From: Bacilli bacterium
GTDB taxonomy: Bacteria; Bacillota_I; Bacilli_A; RFN20; CAG-826
DNA: 64,000 bases
Assembly: GCA_024408075.1 (NCBI GenBank)
Contig: JAKSVK010000004.1
Span: 10,222-74,221, forward strand
Direction: 5' to 3'
Part shown: in pieces, positions 9,134-18,258 of the stretch
Position numbering within the stretch: the stretch's first letter is position 1
How the letters are laid out: each line of letters begins with the position of its first letter
Translations under genes and position numbers: made by a program
Notes under the pieces: model-generated
Databases searched by the model: none
Seen by the model: only the letters and a program-made list of their open reading frames with translations
Told to the model about the DNA's origin: nothing

Positions 9134-11038
9134 TTAGTCCTTAATGATCGCACCAAAGCGACAGTTAGATTGACATAATCCACACTTTACACAGTTTGTT
9201 GGATCAATTCTATGAATTCTAAGTGGTAAAGTAGCAGGTTTTCCAACTGGTACTTCATCAGTTTTAATAATTGTATTAGCAGGACAATTTCTAGCACACA
9301 TTCCACATCCAGCACATTTTTCAGGAAGAATCTTATATTGCATTAAGCTCTTACAAACATGAGCAGGACATTTTTTATCTTGAATATGAGCAAGGTATTC
9401 ATCATAAAAACTTGCCATTGTAGAAAGAATTGGGTTAGGTGCTGTTTGTCCTAAACCACAAAGTGAATTTGATTTAATAACGTTTGCTAAGTTCTTAAGT
9501 TCATCAAGATCAGCCATTGTGCCTTTTCCATCAGTAATCTTAGTTAATAACTCTAAGCAACGTTTTGTACCAATTCTACATGGTGAACATTTGCCACATG
9601 ATTCATCACAAATAAATGTCATATAGAATTTAGCAACATCAACCATACAGTTGTCTTCATCCATAACGATTGCACCACCAGATCCCATCATAGATCCTGC
9701 AGCAATTAAGTTATCATAATCAATAGGAGTGTCTAAGTCTTTTTCAGTTAAACATCCTCCGGATGGACCACCAGTTTGAATTGCTTTAAATTTCTTATTG
9801 TTTGGAATTCCTCCACCAATATCGAAAATTAATTGTCTTAATGTAACACCCATTGGAACTTCAACAAGTCCAACGTTATTTACTTTTCCACCTAAAGCGA
9901 AAACTTTAGTTCCTTTAGATTTTTCTGTACCAATCTTAGCGTATTCATCAGCTCCATGATGTAAGATAAATGGAACGTTTGCTAATGTTTCAACATTGTT
10001 GATAACAGATGGTTTTCCCCATAATCCTTTAACAGCTGGGAATGGAGGACGTGGACGAGGCATACCTCTTTGTCCTTCAATAGAGTTAAGTAATGCAGTT
10101 TCTTCACCACATACGAATGCTCCAGCACCTAAACGGATATGGCAGCGGAATGAGAAGTTAGTTCCTAAGATGTTATCACCAAGTAAACCTAATTCTTCAC
10201 ATTGTTTAATTGCATTTTTAAGTCTTTCAACAGCAACTGGGTATTCAGCACGAATATAGAAATATCCGTTTTTAGCACCGATTGCAAATCCTTCAATCAT
10301 CATACCTTCGATAACATTAATTGGGTTACCTTCAATAATTGAACGATCCATGAATGCTCCTGGGTCACCTTCATCACCATTACAGACAACATATTTTTCA
10401 TCAGAAGCTACATCGTGAGCGAATTGCCATTTTCTTCCAGTTGGGAAGCCAGCTCCACCTCTTCCACGAAGTCCTGATTTAAGAACTTCATCGATAACTT
10501 CTTGAGGATCCATATGAAGAGCTTTATTAAGTGCTAAGAATGCTCCAGCACCAATAGCTTCTTCAATATTTTCAGGATTAATTTCAGCGTTACCTTTTAA
10601 AGCAACGTCTCTTTTTTGTAATTTGTAGAAATTGATATCACCTTGTTTTTTGGCTTTTTCTTTTGTTTGAGGATCAACGAATAATAGTCTTTCAACGATT
10701 TCGCCTTTCATGATATCGCTTTCGAAAATTTCTTTAGCATCTTCAACTTTAACTTTTGTATAAAGCGTTTGTTCTGGGAAGATCTTAACGAATGGACCTT
10801 GAGAACAGAATCCAAAACATCCAACGATGTTAGCGGTAACTTTACCTTCTAAATGATTTTCTTTAATGAGCTTTTCAAATTCAGCAAGAATGCCTTTTGA
10901 GTTAGCACTTAAACATCCAGTACCACCACAAACGACAATAGCTCTTTTTCCATCTTTTGCATTAAATTTAGCATCTAAGCAAGAAGCACAACTTTTGCTT
11001 TTATTAATAAGTTGTTCACTATTAGCAATTTTAACCAT
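9134..11038 (-). CDS. hydB: HydB, NuoF-like flavoprotein subunit of the NAD(P)/ferredoxin-linked hydrogenase
   Basis: 634 aa. It has an N-terminal thioredoxin-like 2Fe-2S domain, a NuoF core (GRGGAGFPTGRKW FMN site, ESCGKCSPCRIG), and a C-terminal 2x[4Fe-4S] domain (CAGCGMCARNCP, CVKCGLCQSNC). Confidence 0.88.
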   Translation of the reverse strand: MVKIANSEQLINKSKSCASCLDAKFNAKDGKRAIVVCGGTGCLSANSKGILAEFEKLIKENHLEGKVTANIVGCFGFCSQGPFVKIFPEQTLYTKVKVEDAKEIFESDIMKGEIVERLLFVDPQTKEKAKKQGDINFYKLQKRDVALKGNAEINPENIEEAIGAGAFLALNKALHMDPQEVIDEVLKSGLRGRGGAGFPTGRKWQFAHDVASDEKYVVCNGDEGDPGAFMDRSIIEGNPINVIEGMMIEGFAIGAKNGYFYIRAEYPVAVERLKNAIKQCEELGLLGDNILGTNFSFRCHIRLGAGAFVCGEETALLNSIEGQRGMPRPRPPFPAVKGLWGKPSVINNVETLANVPFILHHGADEYAKIGTEKSKGTKVFALGGKVNNVGLVEVPMGVTLRQLIFDIGGGIPNNKKFKAIQTGGPSGGCLTEKDLDTPIDYDNLIAAGSMMGSGGAIVMDEDNCMVDVAKFYMTFICDESCGKCSPCRIGTKRCLELLTKITDGKGTMADLDELKNLANVIKSNSLCGLGQTAPNPILSTMASFYDEYLAHIQDKKCPAHVCKSLMQYKILPEKCAGCGMCARNCPANTIIKTDEVPVGKPATLPLRIHRIDPTNCVKCGLCQSNCRFGAIIKD

Positions 11039-11040
11039 GA

Positions 11041-11523
11041 TTATTTGCCCTCCTTACTTTTATATTCATTAATAATATCTTCAACTTGTTTCACTTGAAC
11101 CATTGGATAAACTTTTCCGTTAATTGAAACAGCTGGTGCAATAGCACATGCACCTACACAACGAAGAACATCTAATGTGAATAATCCATCTTCAGTTGTT
11201 TCTCCTGGTTTAATCTTGAGAAGTTCTGAAAACTTATCTAATACTAATTGACTGCCCTTAACATAACATGCAGTTCCTAAACATACACCAACGACATATT
11301 TTCCTTTTGGTGTAAGTGAAAAGAATGAATAGAAAGTGACAACACCATAAATTTCACTCACAGGAATACCTGTTAGCATAGAAACTAATTCTTGGACTTC
11401 AGCAGGAATATAACCATATTCTCTTTGAATATCGCTAAGAATCATCATAAGTGGAGTTTCTTCATTCTTGTAACGATTTACGATTTCTGTAATTTGCTTT
11501 ATAGCACTACTTTGTAACGCCAT
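11041..11523 (-). CDS. hydC: HydC, NuoE-like 2Fe-2S subunit
   Basis: 160 aa with the NuoE pattern CLGTACYVKG ... CVGACAIAP. It is the first gene of the three-gene block and has an AGGAGGG Shine-Dalgarno sequence. Confidence 0.88.
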   Translation of the reverse strand: MALQSSAIKQITEIVNRYKNEETPLMMILSDIQREYGYIPAEVQELVSMLTGIPVSEIYGVVTFYSFFSLTPKGKYVVGVCLGTACYVKGSQLVLDKFSELLKIKPGETTEDGLFTLDVLRCVGACAIAPAVSINGKVYPMVQVKQVEDIINEYKSKEGK

Positions 11524-11630
11524 TATTGACCCTCCTAGTCTATTACCTATGTAATAGTCAGCGTTATTATTTTATGTATAAATCATGTCTTAATGCAATA
11601 AAAAGAAATATATTTTTGGAACAATTAGAA

Positions 11631-11651
11631 AAGAAACGCAAATCCGCGATT
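11631..11651 (-). terminator. Weak candidate terminator after the lipoprotein gene
   Basis: The reverse strand reads AATCGC-GGATTT-GCGTTT followed by CTTTTC. The stem is short and imperfect. Confidence 0.3.
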
Positions 11652-11675
11652 ATTGTATGGGAGAGCAGTTGACTA

Positions 11676-12317
11676 TTAGCCTAAAGTGAAGACCATTACA
11701 CTATTAGCTTTACGTGATACTAAAGTATCACTGCCTTCATAAACTTCAAAAATAGTAGATAAATTAATTACTAAAGTAGAACCAGAATAAGTTGTAGCTT
11801 TATCAGTGGTGATAAACTTATAAGTGTAGAAGTTATGAATCCCTTTTGCAGAAATAGGTTCGAATAAATTTACGTATAATGTGCCATCGCCATCAATAGT
11901 GCCATGATTATAGAAGTGATATTGATTTGAATTATATGGGTCAACTCCAAACAAGCATAAAGTAGCAGCTTCAAATTCGGAGATAGATTCATAATTTACT
12001 TGGTAAACTTCTAAAGTTTTGTCTCCAAATACTGTCTTATTAGAAGCTGCGGTCGAGCCAATATTAAGTTTTCCATTAAAAGTTGGTTTTTGTGAATTAG
12101 ATAAGAAAGTAGACTGTAATCTTTGTTCATATTCTTGCTTATTAGCAAACACAGAGACATATGAATTCTTGAAAAATTCTTCTTCGGTGCATCCATCAAA
12201 TGTTGTTGAAATACTAGTAAATGTAAATGATTTTCCTTTAACCGCATTTTTGCTTCCACAACTTGATAACAAAATTGAGCAAAATAATGTAATAGTCAAT
12301 ATAATTCTTTTTTTCAT
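11676..12317 (-). CDS. Hypothetical lipoprotein
   Basis: 213 aa with a signal peptide and lipobox (LLSS-C-GSK). I recognise no family. Confidence 0.6.
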   Translation of the reverse strand: MKKRIILTITLFCSILLSSCGSKNAVKGKSFTFTSISTTFDGCTEEEFFKNSYVSVFANKQEYEQRLQSTFLSNSQKPTFNGKLNIGSTAASNKTVFGDKTLEVYQVNYESISEFEAATLCLFGVDPYNSNQYHFYNHGTIDGDGTLYVNLFEPISAKGIHNFYTYKFITTDKATTYSGSTLVINLSTIFEVYEGSDTLVSRKANSVMVFTLG

Positions 12318-12410
12318 AAAATATGTCTTCCTTGTTTTTAAACATATTCATTCTATATCACACATAATCAGTACACAATAATTACTAATCTATTCATAAA
12401 ACAATGAAAG

Positions 12411-12419
12411 TGATATTAT
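12411..12419 (+). promoter_or_regulatory. Extended -10-like element (TGaTATTAT) upstream of the GT10 gene
   Basis: TG-N-TATTAT lies 11 nt upstream of the ATG at 12430 and there is no Shine-Dalgarno sequence between them. This would give a leaderless or near-leaderless mRNA. Confidence 0.35.
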
Positions 12420-12429
12420 AAAAGCGCTT

Positions 12430-13446
12430 ATGAACGACAAAAAATTAATAAAAGTCCAATTCTATGGATTCGATAAAGCTGACGGAAATCCTTTAGACTT
12501 CATCTTGTTTAGCAACCCAGTAATTAAAGAAAAATATGATTTAATTATTGATAAGAAAAACCCGGATTATGTTTTTTATTTCACTTACTTTAATTTAAAA
12601 GATTTAGTAAAACATAATAATGCCGTAAAAATCTTTGTAACCGGGGAACCAATCGCTAGTGATTTAAACTTCTTTGATTACTATATTGGCTGTGAAAATA
12701 ACCCTGATAATGATCGAATCCACTACTTTCCTCAATTTTTATGGTTTTTAGATTATCTTGATGTCTATAGAACAAATAAATCACCAATACAATATAGTGA
12801 AAATAAAAAATATTTCTGTGATTTCATATATAGACATGAAGTAGAAGGTAAAAATTCAAGAAAACACTACTTTGATTTGCTTTCATCCTATAAGAGAGTT
12901 GAATCTTGTGGCACTTATTTGAATAACCAAATAGATAAAACCGTTGTTGGATATCATAATTCGGATAATAGTAAATTTGCTTTTCAACAAAAATGCAAAT
13001 TCTCTTTATGCCTCCAAACTTTAACTGACTATCCTTGGTTTATTAACGAAAAAATCCTTCATTCTACCTTTAACGGGACAGTTCCAATTTTCTTAGGACC
13101 AAAAGAAACTAAACTCATCTTTAATCCTAATAGATATATAAATATAAGAGATTATAAAAACGATGAAGAACTTTTAAACAAAATAAAAGAATTAGATCAA
13201 GATGATTCTAAATACCTAAAAATGTTAAACGAGCCTATTTTTAATGATCCTAACTTTATTGATAATTCAAGGAACAAAATAATTAAACTAATAGATAAAA
13301 TTTTCTCTAAAAAGGAAATAAGAAGAAATCTTATTGACGGCGCATCAAACTACATTAGTCAATTAGAAATTTTAACAAGACCAACACCACGTTTCTTTGC
13401 TAATGTCTCAAAAAAGATCAGAAAAAATAGTAAAAAGAATAATTAG
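12430..13446 (+). CDS. Glycosyltransferase family 10 (alpha-1,3/4-fucosyltransferase-like)
   Basis: 338 aa. From memory, the motif order parallels Helicobacter FucT: VTGEP...FDYYIGCE...DRIHYFP, then KFSLCLQT...FINEKILHSTFNGTVPIFLGP...FNPNRYINIRDYKN...YLKMLNEP. The TEK/NEK acid-lysine pair is kept, but the CFEN box reads CLQT. Confidence 0.6.
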   Translation: MNDKKLIKVQFYGFDKADGNPLDFILFSNPVIKEKYDLIIDKKNPDYVFYFTYFNLKDLVKHNNAVKIFVTGEPIASDLNFFDYYIGCENNPDNDRIHYFPQFLWFLDYLDVYRTNKSPIQYSENKKYFCDFIYRHEVEGKNSRKHYFDLLSSYKRVESCGTYLNNQIDKTVVGYHNSDNSKFAFQQKCKFSLCLQTLTDYPWFINEKILHSTFNGTVPIFLGPKETKLIFNPNRYINIRDYKNDEELLNKIKELDQDDSKYLKMLNEPIFNDPNFIDNSRNKIIKLIDKIFSKKEIRRNLIDGASNYISQLEILTRPTPRFFANVSKKIRKNSKKNN

Positions 13447-13504
13447 AAAAATATATACTGAATCATTTTTCAAACAATTCAAAATTTCATAAAAAATAAA
13501 AAAA

Positions 13505-13525
13505 ATATACGCAAATCGCGTATAT
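13505..13525. terminator. Bidirectional terminator between the GT10 gene and preA
   Basis: ATATACGC-AAATC-GCGTATAT hairpin flanked by an A-run on the left and a T-run on the right. Confidence 0.6.
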
Positions 13526-13546
13526 TTTTAAAAATTTCGAATATTT

Positions 13547-14794
13547 TTATAATCTTATGTCTTTAATATTTCTTCCAGGTTTAGCTGTCTTTTTAAGGAC
13601 TATTTCTCCTTTTGAGATAGCTCCGACTGGACATACTAGAGCACATAGATGACATCCGACACATTTGTCGTGATTACATGTTGGACGACGTTTTTCTTCA
13701 TTCCATTCCATTGCTTGATGAGCACCATCATAACAAGAAATATAACATCTTCCACATCCAACACATTTATTGTCATCAATACTAGGATAAACAATATAAT
13801 CACGATCAAGTTCTTCTGCAGGAATAATATTCTTATTAGCTTTTCCAACAAGTTCTTCCAAGTGATTAACATGTTGTTCTTCCATGTAATGCATTAAACC
13901 ATTTTTCATATCTTCAACAATACGATAGCCATATTGCATGATTGCAGTTGTTACTTGGAGAGTACGTGCACCAACTAAAATAAATTCAGCAGCATCTTCC
14001 CAAGTTTCAATTCCACCAATACCAGAAATTTCTAGTTTTGGCATAGCCACTCTCATTTGTTGAATAAATCTTAAAGCAACAGGTTTAACTGCTTTTCCAG
14101 AATAACCTGATATAGAAGATTTGCCATTAACAATAGGAAGGCCAATCTTCTTATCTAAATCAATGTTACAAATTGACTTAATTGTATTAATTGCAGCAAT
14201 TCCATCTGCTCCACCTTCTAAACATGCTTTAGCAACTGGTACCATATCAGTAATATTAGGTGTCATCTTAGCCATCATTGGAAGTTTGCTTCCTCTTTTA
14301 ACAGCTTGACAATATTTCTTACATAATTCTGGATTTGTACCAACATCACTTCCCATAGCATGAGAAGTCATTTGAGGACATGAAAGATTCATTTCAATCA
14401 TATCTGCACCTGCTTCGGTAACTTTACGTGCTAAATCTTCCCAAGTTTCTTCACTATTACCCATAATAGAGGCAATTAAAACTTGATTTGGATATTCTTT
14501 CTTAAGTCTTGCTAAATCTCTTAAGTTTTCTTCTAAAGAGTGTTCAGCAATTTGTTCCATGTTTTTAAAACCAACAAATGGTTCAGCTTCTTTTGTTACT
14601 GCATCAAAACGTGGAGATACTTCGTTAATAACATAACTCTTTGGTCCAATTGTCTTAAAGACAACACCACCCCATCCGACATCATATGCCTTTTTACACA
14701 TATCATAATCATTACCAACTGGAGAAGATGATAAACAGAATGGGTTAGGGAAATTAACACCAAGGAATTTAATACTTAAATCTTTTTTTACCAT
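13547..14794 (-). CDS. preA: NAD-dependent dihydropyrimidine dehydrogenase subunit PreA (DHOD-like domain plus 2x[4Fe-4S])
   Basis: 415 aa. It has a class-1 DHOD-like TIM barrel (LNLSCPQM, GIGGI) and a C-terminal [11 protein letters not shown] / [12 protein letters not shown] domain. Its size and pairing with preT match E. coli YeiA. Confidence 0.85.
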   Translation of the reverse strand: MVKKDLSIKFLGVNFPNPFCLSSSPVGNDYDMCKKAYDVGWGGVVFKTIGPKSYVINEVSPRFDAVTKEAEPFVGFKNMEQIAEHSLEENLRDLARLKKEYPNQVLIASIMGNSEETWEDLARKVTEAGADMIEMNLSCPQMTSHAMGSDVGTNPELCKKYCQAVKRGSKLPMMAKMTPNITDMVPVAKACLEGGADGIAAINTIKSICNIDLDKKIGLPIVNGKSSISGYSGKAVKPVALRFIQQMRVAMPKLEISGIGGIETWEDAAEFILVGARTLQVTTAIMQYGYRIVEDMKNGLMHYMEEQHVNHLEELVGKANKNIIPAEELDRDYIVYPSIDDNKCVGCGRCYISCYDGAHQAMEWNEEKRRPTCNHDKCVGCHLCALVCPVGAISKGEIVLKKTAKPGRNIKDIRL

Positions 14795-14796
14795 AA

Positions 14797-16014
14797 TTAT
14801 TTAACTCCTAAAGACTTTTTAACAAGAGCAGCGACTTCTTTACCGCTTCTTACTCCGTAAACAACAGTCTTTTCACCATGAGCAATATCTCCAACAACAA
14901 AGACGTTATCTTTAACTTTATAATTGTCTTCGACAACTTCTTGTTTCTTATTAACTTCTAAGCCTAACATTGCAGCTTCAGTATATTGACCAACAGCTAA
15001 GATAATCATATCAGCCTTAATCTTAAGTTCGCTTTGAATATTACGATGAGCAAATTTAACAGTCTTTCCTTTAACTGAAACAGGGACATAACCATCAATA
15101 ATGGTAACACCTTGTTCTTGTGCTCCTTGAAGTTCTTTCTTACTTGCTTTGAATTCTTCAAATGTTTCATAAACAACATCAGTAACTTGTTTTACACCAA
15201 GTAATTTAAGTGTTGTAACAACATCCATTGCTACGTCTCCACCACCAACAACTAAAATGTTGTCAGGAAGTTTGACTTCGCCTTTCTTTCTTTTCACCAT
15301 CTTTAAGAAATCAACAGCAATCTTAACGTTACGTTTCCCATCAAACATAGGTAACATCTTACCTTTTGACATACCAACAGCAACGACAACTGCATCAAAT
15401 TCTTTCTTAAGTGAATCTAATGATTCAACTGGATGTGATGTTTCAATTTTTACACCAAGCTTTTTAATTCTTGCGATTTCTTTATCGACAATTTCATTTG
15501 GAAGTCTATATTCAGGGATACCGTTTCTTAAATATCCTCCTGCTCTAGCTTCTTTTTCAAATATTGTTACTTCAACTCCACTAAGAGCTAAGTTAGCAGC
15601 AACACTAAGCCCAGAAGGGCCACTACCAACTACTGCAACTTTCTTACCAACACTTGGTTTTGCTTCAAGTACTTTCATCTTAGTTGCATCTTCAAAATCT
15701 GTAACAAATCTTTGAATTCTACCAATATCAATTGGCTTGTCAATTCCGCTTCTTGAGCAGCCTTGTTGACAATATCTTTCTGTAGGACATACTCTTGCAC
15801 AGATTGCGCCAAGAATATTATTTACTCTGACTGTTTCTGCAGCACCTTTAAAGTTTCTAAATCTTACAGAACGAATAAATTTTGCTGGATCTGTACCAGC
15901 AGGACATGAGAGCGAACATGGAGCGTCATGACAAAGCAAGCATCTTGCTGCTTCTTCCATAACTAAACGAGGGTTATAACCAACTTCATATTCGTCAGTA
16001 TATTTCTTCGACAT
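14797..16014 (-). CDS. preT: Dihydropyrimidine dehydrogenase subunit PreT (GltD-like NAD(P)/FAD oxidoreductase)
   Basis: 405 aa. It has N-terminal Fe-S Cys motifs ([20 protein letters not shown]) and two Rossmann GxGxxG sites ([16 protein letters not shown]). It lies directly upstream of preA. Confidence 0.85.
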   Translation of the reverse strand: MSKKYTDEYEVGYNPRLVMEEAARCLLCHDAPCSLSCPAGTDPAKFIRSVRFRNFKGAAETVRVNNILGAICARVCPTERYCQQGCSRSGIDKPIDIGRIQRFVTDFEDATKMKVLEAKPSVGKKVAVVGSGPSGLSVAANLALSGVEVTIFEKEARAGGYLRNGIPEYRLPNEIVDKEIARIKKLGVKIETSHPVESLDSLKKEFDAVVVAVGMSKGKMLPMFDGKRNVKIAVDFLKMVKRKKGEVKLPDNILVVGGGDVAMDVVTTLKLLGVKQVTDVVYETFEEFKASKKELQGAQEQGVTIIDGYVPVSVKGKTVKFAHRNIQSELKIKADMIILAVGQYTEAAMLGLEVNKKQEVVEDNYKVKDNVFVVGDIAHGEKTVVYGVRSGKEVAALVKKSLGVK

Positions 16015-16131
16015 AAAAATCCTCCTAATTAGGTTTTAGTAAAGAACGATTTATGTATTTATTTTATAAAAAAATAAGTTTATTTGCATTACTTTTCTTA
16101 TTAGATACTATGAAAAGTGTTGAAAATGAAC

Positions 16132-18060
16132 TTATTCGTTAATTTCTTGGTAAATTTTAACCATCTCTTTAGCCCACTTTTCTTGTGAGTTATCTCTAAG
16201 AGTTTTTTTAGCGGCTTTTATTATATCCTTATTATTACCATATAAGGCTTTTTCAATTCTTTCAGTCCAACCTAAGAAGTCTTTATAAATGTAAGCATTT
16301 ACTTTATCAAAGAATATATTTTGAATAGCTTCATCTTCTCTAGCAACAATAACTGTTCCACTAGCAGCAGCTTCAAAATATGTTAATCCTTGGGTTTCAA
16401 AGTTACTTGCAGTAACAAATGCATCAAATAAACGATAATAAAGTTTAAGTTGTTTATTAGGAACTTGGCCAACAAAGATAACATGTTCATCAAGTTTTAA
16501 TCGACTTACTACATGTTTGAGTTTTTCACTTTCATCACCAGTTCCAACAATCATAAACACTAGTTTAGGAAGTTCATTAATGATTTTAGACATATAGTTA
16601 AGTGTCTCAACAATATTCTTTTCTCCACTAACTCTGCCAACAAATCCAATTACCTTTTTACCTGAAAGATGATATTTCTTTTTTAAGTGATCAATTTCAA
16701 TTTGATCGTCTTTAGATATTTGGAATGTTTCAATATCAATTGGAGAAGGATATATACGAATATCTTTTTGTTGTTTGCATTCACGTTTTAAGAAATTATA
16801 TGTTTTATAAGAAGGAACAATTATTGTAGGGCATTCCTTAAATACCTTATTAAACATAAGTTTCTTAGCCATTTTATAAGTAATATCACCTAAGAATTTA
16901 CCAAATCTAATCTTGTAATAATATTTCCATAAAGTGTGATATGTATATAAGCATTTAACTCCAGTAATTTTAGATAATTCTAAAGCTACTTGTGACATTG
17001 TATATTCAGTATGTAAATGGAGATATTTAAAATCAAACATCGCAAGCATCTTTGCTTCTTGAGAAGAATCTTCTACTTGTAGAAGCATCATTTGACGATG
17101 TCCTCTAATTAAATGAGCATATTCACAAACTAAAGGAATATATCTTGGGTTAAGATTTGTAAAATCTAAACCTCTTTTCCATAAACAAGCAACATAAGTT
17201 TCATAACCTAATTTATCAAGTTCTTTCCTTAATAAATCAACAACAATTTGAACTCCGTTAATATAGTAAGGGAATGAATCAGATAATAAGCAGATTCTTT
17301 TCTTATTTGGTCTTGAATTTAATATATTAAATAAATGAGTAAAGAACTCTTCATTTAATTCAGGATTAGTTGGTAAGAAAATTGAATGGATTCTTTTAGA
17401 ATCTTCTCCACGAAGAACGTTATAATCATTGTTTTTATAAAAGTCTTCAAGTTCAAAAGAAACGCTATCTCCATAATAGAGGAAATGTTCTTTCCTTGGA
17501 TAACAGAAAAACTGCACTTTTGGATTGTTTTTGCCTTTGGAATAAATTTGAAAACGAGTATCTACTGAAGTATTACTATCAAATTGTCCATAGAAAATAT
17601 ATGTAGGAATTTTATAGTTAGCGACTTCTTTACTAATTGAATAATCGCTTTTAAATTTATTAATTGGTGAGATTAAGATTAATCGAGCAATATCTAAAGA
17701 TGTTTTATTTAAATAAGAAGCTAAATTTGCTCCTATTCCAAAGCCCATTACAGTAACATTTTTCCATTTAATTTTCTTATCAGCTTCTAAAAGCTTAATA
17801 AATTGAATAAGCAACGAATAATAGTAATTAAAAGTTAAAACCTTATCTCCAATATTTAAAAAATTGCAGGTAATAACTTTATAACCTTTATCCACTAATG
17901 GAGAAATTAAATCGAAATATTGAGAATCACCTTGATAATGGAAGATTGGAAAGACAATTAATTTTCCATCACCCTTACCATATGTCTTAACCTTGTATGA
18001 ATTTCGATCAAGAACTATCTGGCTAATTTTAGCGTCCATTAAATTAGTTATCTTTTTCAT
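16132..18060 (-). CDS. Fusion protein: N-terminal alpha/beta-hydrolase-like domain plus C-terminal GT4 glycosyltransferase (diacylglycerol glucosyltransferase-like)
   Basis: 642 aa. Residues ~1-230 look like an alpha/beta hydrolase, but the nucleophile elbow reads GFGIG (codon 108 is GGA at 17737-17739). Residues ~255-642 are GT4 (ICLLSDSFPYYINGVQIVV and the EX7E region FETQGLTYFEAAASG). Confidence 0.7.
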   Translation of the reverse strand: MKKITNLMDAKISQIVLDRNSYKVKTYGKGDGKLIVFPIFHYQGDSQYFDLISPLVDKGYKVITCNFLNIGDKVLTFNYYYSLLIQFIKLLEADKKIKWKNVTVMGFGIGANLASYLNKTSLDIARLILISPINKFKSDYSISKEVANYKIPTYIFYGQFDSNTSVDTRFQIYSKGKNNPKVQFFCYPRKEHFLYYGDSVSFELEDFYKNNDYNVLRGEDSKRIHSIFLPTNPELNEEFFTHLFNILNSRPNKKRICLLSDSFPYYINGVQIVVDLLRKELDKLGYETYVACLWKRGLDFTNLNPRYIPLVCEYAHLIRGHRQMMLLQVEDSSQEAKMLAMFDFKYLHLHTEYTMSQVALELSKITGVKCLYTYHTLWKYYYKIRFGKFLGDITYKMAKKLMFNKVFKECPTIIVPSYKTYNFLKRECKQQKDIRIYPSPIDIETFQISKDDQIEIDHLKKKYHLSGKKVIGFVGRVSGEKNIVETLNYMSKIINELPKLVFMIVGTGDESEKLKHVVSRLKLDEHVIFVGQVPNKQLKLYYRLFDAFVTASNFETQGLTYFEAAASGTVIVAREDEAIQNIFFDKVNAYIYKDFLGWTERIEKALYGNNKDIIKAAKKTLRDNSQEKWAKEMVKIYQEINE

Positions 18061-18213
18061 AGTTTTTATAATATAAAGTTATTCGTTTAATAACAAGCAA
18101 TTTAGAAACAAAAAATAATAATTCATAAATTAATTACTATTTTTATTTCAAAATCATAAATTCAAATTGTTAAAAACCTTATAAAAAAAATGGGAAATTT
18201 TTGTGAAAAACAT

Positions 18214-18244
18214 TAAAAAAAGAGGGCAAATCCGCCCTCTTTTT
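18214..18244 (-). terminator. Terminator after rplQ (end of the alpha operon)
   Basis: AGAGGGC-AAATCC-GCCCTCT 7-bp GC-rich hairpin flanked by A7 and T4, 15 nt after the rplQ stop. Confidence 0.75.
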
Positions 18245-18258
18245 GAAAAATTTGATAA

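Noticed and set aside
9121-9183. N-terminal extensions of track ORFs (hydA here; also cysS 7301-7318, rplE 26924-27031, rplD 32183-32206, rpsJ 33276-33347, queH 34185-34280, prs 37229-37249, rbsK 41340-41375, tadA 48971-48988, serA 53436-53456)
   Set aside because: In each case an internal ATG has a good Shine-Dalgarno sequence and/or matches the conserved family N-terminus. The extension overlaps the upstream gene, a terminator or an RNA gene, or begins at a TTG.
18226-18235. Identical 10-mer GCAAATCCGC in the loop region of two terminator-like hairpins (also at 11638-11647, with a related GCAAATCGCG at 13511-13520)
   Set aside because: This is an intriguing coincidence, but the stems differ completely and each copy is explained as a simple intrinsic terminator. 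There are too few copies to argue for a repeat family.
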